Shown piece by piece: positions 1-9,697 of a stretch of DNA of 64,000 bases. The notes beneath the pieces are model-generated. The model was not told the DNA's origin, ran no database searches, and saw only the letters and a program-made list of their open reading frames with translations. The translations under genes were made by a program, and so were the position numbers. How positions within the stretch are numbered: the stretch's first letter is position 1; every line of letters begins with the position of its first letter. The DNA comes from Minisyncoccota bacterium (GTDB lineage: Bacteria; Patescibacteriota; Minisyncoccia; Phycocordibacterales; PALSA-1337): the NCBI GenBank assembly GCA_041671485.1, contig JBAZBL010000004.1:14445-78444 (forward strand), written 5' to 3'.

Positions 1-330
1 TTCAAAAAGATAGAAATAAGGGTGGGGAAGATAATCTTAGCTGAAAAAATACCTGATACAGACAAGCTTTTAAGACTATCTGTTGATTTTGCCGAGAAAG
101 ATGATCTTGGCAATACAAAACCACGACAAATAGTATCTGGTATTTCTCTTTTTTATCCAGATCCGCAAGTGCTGATTGGTAAAACATGTATGTTTGTCGC
201 AAATCTAGAAACAAGAATTATTCGTGGTTATGAAAGCCAAGGAATGATATTGGCAATACTGACACCAGAAGGAAATTTTTCTTTACTAGAACCAAATGCT
301 TCGATACCAGTAGGGGCAAGGGCGTCTTGA
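1..330 (+). CDS. tRNA-binding OB-fold protein (CsaA / MetRS C-terminal-like), 5' end outside window
   Basis: Frame open from base 1 (FKKIEIRVGKII...DKLLRL...RQIVSGI...ANLE...ESQGMIL), typical Trbp111/CsaA motifs. Confidence 0.85.
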   Translation, partial: FKKIEIRVGKIILAEKIPDTDKLLRLSVDFAEKDDLGNTKPRQIVSGISLFYPDPQVLIGKTCMFVANLETRIIRGYESQGMILAILTPEGNFSLLEPNASIPVGARAS

Positions 331-341
331 ATTATGACATC

Positions 342-366
342 AATACCGAGATCGGATCTCGGTATT
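342..366. repeat. REP-like short palindrome AATACCGAGATC-G-GATCTCGGTATT
   Basis: Perfect 12-bp arms; 22 bp identical to the copy at 6705-6726 inside rsmE. Confidence 0.8.
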
Positions 367-423
367 CCGTTAGATCTTGTTACAGTAGAAAATACTTGCT
401 ACGATTGATCGTATCCATGAAAA

Positions 424-497
424 GCGGGATTAGTTAAATGGTATAATAACAGTTTTCCAAACTGTGGTCAGGAGTTCGATTCTCCTATCCCGCACCA
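424..497 (+). tRNA. tRNA-Gly (TCC)
   Basis: GCGGGAT acceptor stem pairs with ATCCCGC; anticodon arm ACAGT-TTTCCAA-ACTGT; T-loop TTCGATT; ends ACCA. Confidence 0.95.
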
Positions 498-505
498 TAG
501 AATAA

Positions 506-763
506 TTATTCATAGATATCGTGTCCACCTGCGGAATAAAACCTAAATATATTTTTATTTAATATTTTAAATATTATTCGATATTTTTGATCCAATGAAA
601 AAGCATAGAAATCACTAAATTTACCGTGTAATTTATGAGATTTCAGACTTGGATGAAATGGGTCTTTCCTGAATATTTCTTCTTTCTTTTCTGCAATGCG
701 TTTAATTCTATCCGGAAGCTTACGATATGAGCGCTCGAATAACGAAGAATACTCAATTATCAT
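506..763 (-). CDS. Type II TA toxin, RelE/YafQ-like mRNA interferase
   Basis: 85 aa basic protein with HPSLKSHKLHG...YRIIF RelE-type motif, directly downstream of a small RHH-like gene. Confidence 0.85.
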   Translation of the reverse strand: MIIEYSSLFERSYRKLPDRIKRIAEKKEEIFRKDPFHPSLKSHKLHGKFSDFYAFSLDQKYRIIFKILNKNIFRFYSAGGHDIYE

Positions 764-764
764 T

Positions 765-980
765 TTAAACGAGTGATTTTAACGACGTAAGAACCTTACC
801 TTTGCCTTGCTTGAATTCTAATTCGCTTCTTTCCAAAGCACGAAGCAAACGATCTTCTTTATAAGAACGAATAAGATGTCTGATGTATTCACTAACAGAT
901 GCAAAACCACCACTTTTGGTTTCATCTCTAATCTCTTCAGCCATAGAAGCTGGTAGGGAAATGTTTATGATATTTCTCAT
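765..980 (-). CDS. Ribbon-helix-helix antitoxin
   Basis: INISLP...GFASVSEYIRHLIR RHH pattern; 1 bp from the toxin gene. Confidence 0.8.
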   Translation of the reverse strand: MRNIINISLPASMAEEIRDETKSGGFASVSEYIRHLIRSYKEDRLLRALERSELEFKQGKGKVLTSLKSLV

Positions 981-1069
981 ATTGAATATGTGTATTACTT
1001 ATTATTACTATATGTTACAGGATTAAATAATATTGTCAATAACTATATATAGTAATCTATATGTCACAC

Positions 1070-1101
1070 AGTAAAAGACCGCCCTAGGGCGGTCTTTTAC
1101 T
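1070..1101. terminator. Rho-independent terminator of the HU gene (bidirectional-type)
   Basis: Perfect palindrome AGTAAAAGACCGCCCTAGGGCGGTCTTTTACT just past the HU stop. Confidence 0.75.
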
Positions 1102-1123
1102 ACAGAAAATAACTATTCTGGTG

Positions 1124-1396
1124 TTATTTCACTGCGTCCTTGAGTGCCTTTGCTGCTCGGAACTTTGGAACCTTCATGGCAGGGACTTTGATGGCCTCAC
1201 CTGTGCGAGGATTGCGTGCCTCACGAGCTGCACGCTGTTTTACCGAGAAGATACCGAGACCAGCTATAGAAACCTCTTCACCTTTCTTCAGGCTGTCAAC
1301 TATTGAGTTAATCACTGTTTCGACCGCCTGTTCGGCTTGAACCTTTGTTCCGCCGAGAACACCGTGCACTACATCTGCAATTGCTGCTTTGTTCAT
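1124..1396 (-). CDS. hup: HU family DNA-binding protein
   Basis: MNKA...GLGIF...RAAREARNPRTGE...VPKFRAAKALKDAV. Confidence 0.95.
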   Translation of the reverse strand: MNKAAIADVVHGVLGGTKVQAEQAVETVINSIVDSLKKGEEVSIAGLGIFSVKQRAAREARNPRTGEAIKVPAMKVPKFRAAKALKDAVK

Positions 1397-1563
1397 TGTT
1401 TTTATTATTAATTCTTATAATATGGTCTCGGCTCGCCTCACACTTTCGTTTATTGGTTACGAAAGGGTTATTCGAGTTTCCAACCTATAAGACTATTATA
1501 TAGTAAGCCATATATTACGCAATGGCCTAAAAACAAGACTGTGAATTACTCAAACTTGTCAAA

Positions 1564-3093
1564 TTACCTTGCAAATTCTATTGTTCTCATTTCGCGAATA
1601 ACAATAATTTTGATTTCACCAGGATATTTGAGATCTTTTTCTATCTTCATAGCCAAATCTCGCGCTAGATTGCGTGCCTCTACATCGCTTATTTCTTCTG
1701 GCTTTACAAATACTCGTATTTCACGACCTGCTTGTAGAGCATATGACTTTTCGATACCAGGAAAAGAGTTTGCAGTAGCTTCTAGATCGCCAAGACGTTT
1801 GAGATAATTTTCTATGCTATCACGGCGTGCGCCAGGACGAGCTCCCGATATAGAGTCTGCAGTTTGTACAATACGAGATTCAATTGTCTCATAAGGATAT
1901 TCTTCATGATGAGCTTGCATTGCTTTTATGATCTCTTCTGGAGCTCCAAATTTTTGTAGGATTCTGCGACCAATCTCTACATGTGTGCCACTTACTTCAT
2001 GGTCTAATGCTTTGCCTATATCGTGTAGAAGAGCACCAGCTTTTGCAACTTGGACATTTGCACCCAATTCTTCGGCTATCATACCAGCTATATGAGACAT
2101 TTCTATAGAATGTTGTAAAACATTGTGTCCATAGCTCGTCCTGAAATGAAGTCTTCCCAATATGAGTAGTATCCTAGGATCAAGGCCCAATACACCACAT
2201 TCATATGCAGCCTGTTCGCCTCTTTCTTTTATAGTCTTATTGATATCTTGTTTGGCTTTTTCGACTACCTGTTCTATCCTAGCTGGCTGAATACGGCCGT
2301 CTTTGATGAGTTCTTCCAGTGCATTCTTTGCAATATGACGTCGAACGGGATCGAATGAAGAAATGGTTATTGCGCCAGGAGAATCATCAACCAAGACTTC
2401 TGTACCACTGATACGCTCAAATGCTTTGATGTTACGACCTTCTTTACCGATTATTTTTCCTTTTACATCATCACTTGGTATAGGAACAACAGTAGACATA
2501 ACATCAGAGGCAACAGAAGTAGCAAGCCTCTGAATAGATACAGCCAAAATATCTTTTGCTTTATCTTCTAGCATCTCTTCGCCTTGTGTTTCCAGTTTCT
2601 TGATACGAATCATCAAATCTTCTTCTGCTTGCTTCTCAATAAGCTTAACAAGCTCTTCTTTTGCTTCATTTGAAGTCATCTTGCTTATCTTTTCTAATTC
2701 TTGTTTCCTATGCTCTTCCAATTTGTCTGCTTGTTCACGAATCACTTTTACTTCTGCTACACGTTGTTTGACTATTTCAACTTCTTTATCAAGATCTACT
2801 TGTCTCTTGTCCAACATATCTTCTTTCTTGATAATACGCTCTTCAGATTGACGAATCTTATTTTCTTTTTCACGAATCTCTACTCTAGCTTCTTCTCCTA
2901 GTTTTTGACTCTTTGCCTCGGCATCGGTAGTGATCTTCTTTGCTTCTTCTTTTGCAGAGAGAAGCATCTCTTTGATTTCCAATTCCATAGAACCTTTCTT
3001 GCCGAGAGAAATGATAAGTCGCAGATAATAACCTACGGCTATACCGGCAACTCCTGCTATGGAGAGGAATAATGCTACTAATTTTAATGACAT
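1564..3093 (-). CDS. rny: Ribonuclease Y
   Basis: N-terminal TM, coiled coil, KH (KGKIIGKEGRNIK), HD domain (LLHDIGK), SGARPGAR. Confidence 0.97.
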   Translation of the reverse strand: MSLKLVALFLSIAGVAGIAVGYYLRLIISLGKKGSMELEIKEMLLSAKEEAKKITTDAEAKSQKLGEEARVEIREKENKIRQSEERIIKKEDMLDKRQVDLDKEVEIVKQRVAEVKVIREQADKLEEHRKQELEKISKMTSNEAKEELVKLIEKQAEEDLMIRIKKLETQGEEMLEDKAKDILAVSIQRLATSVASDVMSTVVPIPSDDVKGKIIGKEGRNIKAFERISGTEVLVDDSPGAITISSFDPVRRHIAKNALEELIKDGRIQPARIEQVVEKAKQDINKTIKERGEQAAYECGVLGLDPRILLILGRLHFRTSYGHNVLQHSIEMSHIAGMIAEELGANVQVAKAGALLHDIGKALDHEVSGTHVEIGRRILQKFGAPEEIIKAMQAHHEEYPYETIESRIVQTADSISGARPGARRDSIENYLKRLGDLEATANSFPGIEKSYALQAGREIRVFVKPEEISDVEARNLARDLAMKIEKDLKYPGEIKIIVIREMRTIEFAR

Positions 3094-3331
3094 TGCGGTT
3101 TACGGATCCGCCTCTTTCAAACTAAGGTGAAATGCAAACTTTATGAGTCTTTATGTGAAACTCTGGCTCTATCCTTACGTTTTTTTCTAGCCTTTTTGGA
3201 ATCATAATTTTTATATTCACTAAGTATCGAAAAGGGTGAATCAAAATTTAATTTGGTAACACCATCATCTTATAACAGAGAAAGATATTTGTCTAGCGAA
3301 AGAGACGGTAGTTCTTATGGGATATTTTTGT

Positions 3332-4126
3332 TTAGCCTTCAGAAGGATTGTTTACTTTATTATCGAGCCTTTTGGCTTCCGACCAAGCTAACTCATATAT
3401 TTTTTTCATAACATCTGCGATTTCTTCACTTTCTATAATGATACCAAGCTTCTCACGCCATGAAGCGATCATAACTTTGTTATCGTAAATATTAATTTCT
3501 GGAGTGAATCTATATTTATCATATGGAACAAGAAGACTTTCTCTTTTTTCATCTTTATCCAGTGCTGAACGTTCATGTGCCAGGGGTGTTTCCGGAAAAA
3601 TTGCACGAATATGTATATTTTTCGATGCCCTTCTTTTGAAATATTCTGGAAAATAATTTGGAATACCGCTATTTACATCTTCTACTGATGCATATGCAAG
3701 AATTGTCTCTGAACTACTTAGTGTATCCTCATAAGCATATTTCAAACCATCAACTCCCTCATAGAAACGAATCTTTGGTCTATTTTCAAAAGTATAGAGT
3801 AAGTTTAATTCTGGAATAATATTTTCAGCCCTTTTAATGTTTTCTGTAGCTTGTGTAGCTTGTCTCTTTAAGTATTCAATAATAGCAGTTGGAGGCTCGG
3901 CTACGTATTCTTGCTTGGGTTCTTTTCCTGAAATACTAACAAGCTTCTTATTAACTAGGGAATTGAGGATATCGTAGCCAGTAGTTCTGTTTATACCAGC
4001 TTTATAAGAGATTTTCGTAACCGTTTCTCTACCTAATTCAAGAAGTGCGATATAAACATCGGTTTCTTTGGTACTAAGTCCAAAAGACAAAAGGTTTGTC
4101 TTTAATTGAACTAATTTATTATCCAT
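3332..4126 (-). CDS. TrmB-family transcriptional regulator
   Basis: FGLSTKETDVYIALL...INRTTGYDILNSL wHTH; C-terminal EINIYDNKV effector domain. Confidence 0.85.
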   Translation of the reverse strand: MDNKLVQLKTNLLSFGLSTKETDVYIALLELGRETVTKISYKAGINRTTGYDILNSLVNKKLVSISGKEPKQEYVAEPPTAIIEYLKRQATQATENIKRAENIIPELNLLYTFENRPKIRFYEGVDGLKYAYEDTLSSSETILAYASVEDVNSGIPNYFPEYFKRRASKNIHIRAIFPETPLAHERSALDKDEKRESLLVPYDKYRFTPEINIYDNKVMIASWREKLGIIIESEEIADVMKKIYELAWSEAKRLDNKVNNPSEG

Positions 4127-4242
4127 GTATCAAGTCTATACTCAACTATTCATTGTGTCAATACTTTTCCACAAAAATATGGCTAATACTATAAATATGT
4201 TGGTAAATAAGGCTCTTTCGCTATGTTAATTGACGAATAGTA

Positions 4243-4271
4243 TTGACATTGAGTAAAAAAGATGATATACT
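4243..4271 (+). promoter_or_regulatory. Sigma70-type promoter of ORF 4347
   Basis: TTGACA-17 bp-TATACT with extended TG. Confidence 0.7.
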
Positions 4272-4346
4272 GTTAGCAGGACGATAAGGTAAGTTCTTTG
4301 AGAACCTGCTTGCGTCATAACAGTAAACAATTAAAAAAGGGAAATT

Positions 4347-4823
4347 ATGAAGACTAAACTCATGATTTGGACGACGGTGAGAATCGGAACAATTAAGAGT
4401 CTCGAAAATGTGGATGATCTACTAGATGGGTTTGTGTCGATAAGGACATGGTTTAAGGATCAAACAATAGGTCTTGCCCAGTCCGAGCTTGAACTTGACC
4501 TGGTTAAGATCAAAGGCGGAGATCTCTTCATGACGGACCGTTACTCTAGAAGAGAAATCTGCACAATGGCGTTGACACTTGGTCTTGAATTGTGTCCAGC
4601 CGAGGTTGCTCTGGCCTTAGTAACACAAGACAAAATTCCGTCCAGGTCAACCGAGATCAATATTGGTTCGGAAGAATCTGTCGGCGGGCGTTCTGATGTA
4701 TTCATGAGTGTAAACTCAAGACTTGGTGCTATCTGTCTTAACTCCTATGTTGATCCATCCGAAGGATTTGACGATTACTCAGATTGGGTCTTCGTCAAGC
4801 CTCGCAAGCAGGAACGGCAGTAG
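4347..4823 (+). CDS. Hypothetical protein (LGLELCPAEV motif)
   Basis: 158 aa ORF with AAGGG SD-like site, own promoter and downstream terminator. Confidence 0.7.
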   Translation: MKTKLMIWTTVRIGTIKSLENVDDLLDGFVSIRTWFKDQTIGLAQSELELDLVKIKGGDLFMTDRYSRREICTMALTLGLELCPAEVALALVTQDKIPSRSTEINIGSEESVGGRSDVFMSVNSRLGAICLNSYVDPSEGFDDYSDWVFVKPRKQERQ

Positions 4824-4870
4824 GTCTGCCAAACGCTTTGGAGTTCGCCACGGCGAAAGCGTCAAACTTC

Positions 4871-4900
4871 AACCCTACACGAGAAATCGTGTGGGGTTTT
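4871..4900. terminator. Terminator between convergent ORF4347 and ORF6N gene
   Basis: AACCCTACACGA-GAAA-TCGTGTGGGGTTTT hairpin. Confidence 0.65.
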
Positions 4901-4923
4901 AACTTTTCAATGTGAAATATTTC

Positions 4924-5469
4924 CTACTTTTTACTAAACCCAATTGGTGCTTTCATGGGTACTGGTTCGTCAAGTAGGTGTTTGAGGATATTGAGAACTT
5001 TTATCAGTTGCTGGCCTTGTTTTTCTTGTTCAGATTCTAAAACTTTCATCTTTGCTGCCAATTCCTTGTGGGTAGCAAGCATTTCGCGTAATTTGATAAA
5101 TGCACGGACTACAAATACACTCACTTGTACCGCGCGAGGACTTTTCAAGACGGCAGACAACATCGTAACACCGTGTTCAGTGAAAGCATATGGCAAATAA
5201 CGGACACCTCCCCAACTTGAGGTCGCAAATTGCGACCTCAAGTTTTTGTATTCTTCATTTGTCAATTGAAACATGAAATCCTTGGGAAATCTATCGATAT
5301 TTCTTCGTACTTGTTCATTCAATCTCTTTGCACTCACACCATATAATCTAGCAAGGTCAGAATCTAACATTATTTTCTGTCCACGAATCAGAAAGATTCT
5401 ATGCTCAATAGATTCATCGGGAATAATCTGTAGATCCTTGGAATTATCAGACAATTTTAACTTTTTCAT
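4924..5469 (-). CDS. ORF6N-domain DNA-binding protein
   Basis: IRGQKIMLDSDLARLYGV...RFPKDFMFQL...YAFTEHGVTML...PIGF. Confidence 0.9.
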   Translation of the reverse strand: MKKLKLSDNSKDLQIIPDESIEHRIFLIRGQKIMLDSDLARLYGVSAKRLNEQVRRNIDRFPKDFMFQLTNEEYKNLRSQFATSSWGGVRYLPYAFTEHGVTMLSAVLKSPRAVQVSVFVVRAFIKLREMLATHKELAAKMKVLESEQEKQGQQLIKVLNILKHLLDEPVPMKAPIGFSKK

Positions 5470-5577
5470 GGCGACATTATAGCACAGAGAAAATCCACAT
5501 TATGAAAACTTGATTTTTTCGGTAAAAGTGTTATTATAGCGGTGTAGTATATAATAAATAAGACAAACTAAAATACT

Positions 5578-6168
5578 ATGTCAATATTAATACCAACAGT
5601 TATAGAGAAGAGCAATTTTGGCGAGAGGGCATATGATATCTATTCGAGGCTCTTGAAGGAGAATATTATATTCCTAGGCGGACCAATAGATGATCATATA
5701 GCCAATCTAGTTATTGCCCAGTTACTATTCTTGCAATCAGAAGATCCAAAGAAAGAGATCAATATGTATATCAATTCTCCGGGCGGAATGGTATCTGCTG
5801 GACTTGCAATAATAGATACAATGAATTCGATCAGGAATGATATTTCAACTCATTGTGTCGGTATTGCCGCATCTATGGCAGCAGTCATCGTTGCATCTGG
5901 TACAAAAGGGAAGAGATATGCATTGCCAAATGCAGAGGTTATGATACATCAGCCACATGGTGGGACAGAAGGACAAGCAACAGATATTGAAATTAGCGCA
6001 AAACATATCATAAAAATGAGAGAAAATCTGAACAAAATATTGGCAAAAGCTACAGGTCAAACATTGGCAAAGATAGAGAAAGATGTTGACAGAGACTTCT
6101 TCATGAGTGCAGAAGATGCAAAGAAATATGGCATTATAGACGATGTCTTGTCTCCAAACAAAAAATAG
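5578..6168 (+). CDS. clpP: ATP-dependent Clp protease proteolytic subunit
   Basis: [29 protein letters not shown] motifs. Confidence 0.97.
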   Translation: MSILIPTVIEKSNFGERAYDIYSRLLKENIIFLGGPIDDHIANLVIAQLLFLQSEDPKKEINMYINSPGGMVSAGLAIIDTMNSIRNDISTHCVGIAASMAAVIVASGTKGKRYALPNAEVMIHQPHGGTEGQATDIEISAKHIIKMRENLNKILAKATGQTLAKIEKDVDRDFFMSAEDAKKYGIIDDVLSPNKK

Positions 6169-6173
6169 TCTGT

Positions 6174-6887
6174 ATGAGACTTCATAGATTTTATTATAGA
6201 GAATTGATAGGGAATAGAAGTGAGATAACTATCAATTCTCTAGAAATTACGAAACAGATTCGTAGGGTTTTCAGATTGAAGACAGGAGATCTGGTTATAA
6301 TCTTTGATGGTTCTGGTTTTGACTATGTTTGCAAGATAAATAACTTCACAGAAGATACAATGAAGCTTTCTATCAATGAGAAGAATAGCAGTCGATACAT
6401 ACCAGAGAAAGATATTGTATTGTGCGTAGCAATAGTAAAGAAAGATACTTTTGAATGGATTGTAGAGAAAGCAACAGAACTAGGAGTAACAAATATAATA
6501 CCGATCATATCTGAAAGAAGTGAGAAGAAATCCTTGAATATAGAAAGACTAAAAAAGATATCAATAGAAGCTAGCGAACAGAGTGGTAGAGGACGTGTGC
6601 CAATAATTGAGCCTATTGTGTCACTAATAGAAGCAATAAATACCTATAAGGATCAATACGGAGGTCAGACCTCCGTATATGCGTTTCACACAGAAGGGGA
6701 TACTATACCGAGATCGGATCTCGGTAATGATAGAAAAATTGTCATATTTATTGGCCCAGAAGGCGGTTGGTCTCCATCTGAAATAGATATGTTTCACAAA
6801 GATAAAATATCCATACATTGTCTAGGTAAACAAATACTGCGCACCGAAACGGCTGTAATCGCTGTATTATCTAGATTTGTATTCTAA
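6174..6887 (+). CDS. rsmE: 16S rRNA m3U1498 methyltransferase
   Basis: EKATELGV, EASEQSGR, IGPEGG, ILRTETA. Confidence 0.95.
   Translation: MRLHRFYYRELIGNRSEITINSLEITKQIRRVFRLKTGDLVIIFDGSGFDYVCKINNFTEDTMKLSINEKNSSRYIPEKDIVLCVAIVKKDTFEWIVEKATELGVTNIIPIISERSEKKSLNIERLKKISIEASEQSGRGRVPIIEPIVSLIEAINTYKDQYGGQTSVYAFHTEGDTIPRSDLGNDRKIVIFIGPEGGWSPSEIDMFHKDKISIHCLGKQILRTETAVIAVLSRFVF
6656..6678. repeat. REP-like palindrome inside rsmE (ATACGGAGGTC-A-GACCTCCGTAT)
   Basis: Perfect 11-bp arms; near-identical copy at 39914-39936 (intergenic). Confidence 0.75.
6705..6726. repeat. REP-like palindrome inside rsmE (ATACCGAGATCGGATCTCGGTA)
   Basis: Identical to intergenic 343-364. Confidence 0.8.
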
Positions 6888-7988
6888 TCACTCTTTCTTC
6901 TCCAAGAATTGGAAAACCATTTCATTGCTTAGCATGGTTTCGACATATACTCTTACACTATCACGATCTGCATCTTTGTAATGCTCTAATATATGTTCCA
7001 CTTCATGTTCAATATCCTTATCTGAAGCAACAATCTTTTCTTTCCTAGCAATAGAGTTGAGTATCAATTGTATCTTTGCCTTCTTTTCTGCATGTGGCCT
7101 CCATTCTCCTCTTATATCTTCTATTGTCTTCTTTGCATGTTTCAAATAATCTTCCATTTTCACATTCATTTTCTCTATATCCGTCTTGAATTGGGCTTCT
7201 ATTCTAGAAAGTTCACTTTCAACTAATATTTCTGGTAAATCTATATTTGTATTTTCTACAAGAGAATCGGCTATCTTTACTCTCAATTTCTGATGTTCTT
7301 CATCTGCCTTCTTCTCTGTAAGCATAATGGAAAGTTTCTCTCGAAAATCTGAAACACTTTCAAAGGCCCCTAATGTTTTTACAAAAGCATCAGTTAGCTC
7401 GGGTAGACCGTCCTTGTCTACTTGCCCTACGTATACCGGCGCCGTATTTTTCTGTGGGTTCTGTCCGCCGGGACTGTCGACGGGAACCTTCTGGGACGAC
7501 GCATCGGATCTGATACGTGTAATTGTATTCTCAATTTCTTCAAAAGTCAACTTCACATCTTCAGGATTTTGTTGTCCAATTTCTTTTTGTGCCAAAGATT
7601 TGTAATCTGGAAGATTTATTTCTGGAACAGTTGCTATCTTTATCATAAACTCCAATGGATTACCTTTTGCGAGCTTTGTGATCTGTATTTGTGGCTTGCC
7701 AATAACATCGAGATTGTTATCTACAATAATATCAATAAAAGCCGGGGATAGAGCGAGTTCTGCCATCTCTTCTAGGATAGACATTTCTCCAATCTTGGCC
7801 AATAAAACATTTTCTGGTATCATGCCTTTCCTGAAACCGTCCATTGAAACTGATTCATTTATATTCTTCAATGCTTTTGCACGATATTTCTCCCAAATAT
7901 CACTTGATATAGAACCCGTAATTTCAACTTGTGATTTTTCGAGCTTTTTTACACTTGCAGAACCATAGTTTTTTATTTGCTCTGTCAT
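6888..7988 (-). CDS. tig: Trigger factor (short; FKBP/PPIase domain apparently absent)
   Basis: GFRKGMIP ribosome-binding motif, LPELTDAFVK and C-domain; 366 aa; adjacent to clpP region. Confidence 0.9.
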   Translation of the reverse strand: MTEQIKNYGSASVKKLEKSQVEITGSISSDIWEKYRAKALKNINESVSMDGFRKGMIPENVLLAKIGEMSILEEMAELALSPAFIDIIVDNNLDVIGKPQIQITKLAKGNPLEFMIKIATVPEINLPDYKSLAQKEIGQQNPEDVKLTFEEIENTITRIRSDASSQKVPVDSPGGQNPQKNTAPVYVGQVDKDGLPELTDAFVKTLGAFESVSDFREKLSIMLTEKKADEEHQKLRVKIADSLVENTNIDLPEILVESELSRIEAQFKTDIEKMNVKMEDYLKHAKKTIEDIRGEWRPHAEKKAKIQLILNSIARKEKIVASDKDIEHEVEHILEHYKDADRDSVRVYVETMLSNEMVFQFLEKKE

Positions 7989-8094
7989 GCGCCACAGTCT
8001 AACGATTTATGGCTGGATGTGCAAGTAAAGTACAATAAAATGCAAAAACCTAGACTCTTTAGTCTGGATTCTCTGTATTTTACAAAAATTGTAT

Positions 8095-8454
8095 TTAGAA
8101 ATTCTGTGCATCGAGCCCATCGACTGCAGTGTTCAAATCTTCTTCTAGAGACTGAACATCGACATCGGTATTTGTTACTGGCTGTACAGACTCTTTTGTG
8201 ATTGTTCTTATTGTATCAGTATTCATGGCAGTATTAGTATTTATGTCTGTATTTTCAACATTGTTGCTTGTCCAGAGTTGTGAGGCAAATATATATAGTG
8301 CAGCAATTATCAAAACAAATACTACAACTAATATTGCTATGGTTGAACCAACTTTCTTATGATTATCACCTTCTGGCGAAGTCATATTTTGACTACTAAT
8401 ATCGATATTATTGATACCTCCTGTATTTGGGGGTATTTGTGTGTTTGGGTCCAT
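8095..8454 (-). CDS. Hypothetical single-TM protein
   Basis: 119 aa ORF with one hydrophobic helix and acidic tail. Confidence 0.65.
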   Translation of the reverse strand: MDPNTQIPPNTGGINNIDISSQNMTSPEGDNHKKVGSTIAILVVVFVLIIAALYIFASQLWTSNNVENTDINTNTAMNTDTIRTITKESVQPVTNTDVDVQSLEEDLNTAVDGLDAQNF

Positions 8455-8484
8455 AATTTTACAATTTAATATTTTAATAAATAA

Positions 8485-9219
8485 TTATTCCTGTGTAGAA
8501 GACGCTATATTGTCGTCTAATGTACCTGTCCCGAGACCCATAGAATGAGCGATTTCTCTTACTACATCTATGAGCGCATCCCTTGCTACTTTTATAGCTA
8601 TTATTGCTTCATCGGCGATTTGTCTTGGCTTCACAAGATCTACTGTATCTTCATTTGAGGCTTTATTTGTATTTGAAACTAATACTGGTTCATAATTTGA
8701 AAGATTTTTTATTGCTTGTTCTGCCAGACTCAACTTTTCTCTTGCAATAAGAAGGGCACCTTTCGCTTTTGTCATATCTCGTCCACTTGTCTCTGCTTTC
8801 TCAATTCTCGCAACTATTCGACTTGTTACTTGTTCTAGATTCTTGAAAGACAATCGAATCTGCCTTATAAGTGTACTATGTCGTATCTTGAAAGCTTGAA
8901 TCTTCATATTCTGAACATTATTCCTTCTTTCTATTGTCGTTGAAGCCCTCTCTGCCATAAGTTTATTTCGCAATTCGCTTTTTTCTTCTATATTATTTTT
9001 TATTTTCTCTTTGACTGGAGCATTGGCTCGTAACTTTTCTTTTATCGTATTTGTGACATTTGTCTGACTAGAGTCTGTACTTGTAGGAGTTTCTGCATTT
9101 ACTTGTCTGTAAATGACAAATACACAAGCTACTATAATTACCAAAAGAACTATTATTTTGAGTGTTTTCTTCATTATTGTTTCATTTATATTGCTAATTG
9201 CCACAATCTGATGTGACAT
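8485..9219 (-). CDS. Hypothetical secreted coiled-coil protein (true start probably MKKTLK)
   Basis: Signal-peptide-like N-terminus ending VNA, helical charged body. Confidence 0.7.
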   Translation of the reverse strand: MSHQIVAISNINETIMKKTLKIIVLLVIIVACVFVIYRQVNAETPTSTDSSQTNVTNTIKEKLRANAPVKEKIKNNIEEKSELRNKLMAERASTTIERRNNVQNMKIQAFKIRHSTLIRQIRLSFKNLEQVTSRIVARIEKAETSGRDMTKAKGALLIAREKLSLAEQAIKNLSNYEPVLVSNTNKASNEDTVDLVKPRQIADEAIIAIKVARDALIDVVREIAHSMGLGTGTLDDNIASSTQE

Positions 9220-9298
9220 GGCTATTGTAGCACCGTTCTGTGATAAATAAAAAGGGCGGTATCATGTGATGAATTGACCAAGTACAAAAAAAGAAGGG

Positions 9299-9571
9299 TT
9301 ACCCCTTCTTTGCGCTTTTGGCCATTCTCTTGTCCAACTTGTTTTGCTTTCTCTGCTTAATGGCTTGGCAATCTGGACACTGATCGGCATGTTTACCGAG
9401 ATATCCAAGTATCACATGGATACCACACAATGCCCTTGAACAGCATGGGATACAATGACTAGTCATTACATCCTTGCTCTTTCCACTCCTATGACATCTG
9501 CAATGGCATTTGTACGGGAATTTCAAGGGTCTAATTCTCCGATAGATGGAAAACTTCCACGATACTAGCAT
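9299..9571 (-). CDS. Small Cys/His-rich basic protein, possible Zn-binding
   Basis: ATG at 9571 preceded by GAAAGGA; CHCRCH, HCIPCC, CGIH, CPDC motifs. Confidence 0.45.
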   Translation of the reverse strand: MLVSWKFSIYRRIRPLKFPYKCHCRCHRSGKSKDVMTSHCIPCCSRALCGIHVILGYLGKHADQCPDCQAIKQRKQNKLDKRMAKSAKKG

Positions 9572-9697
9572 AAAGATCCTTTCTCTTTCTTTATTCCTAT
9601 TCAACAAAACATTAGCACAATAAATGCCAATTGCAATAATTAGGGACAAAACAAAATACCGGCTTTGAACCGATATTTTGTCTTCGAAAAATAAATA

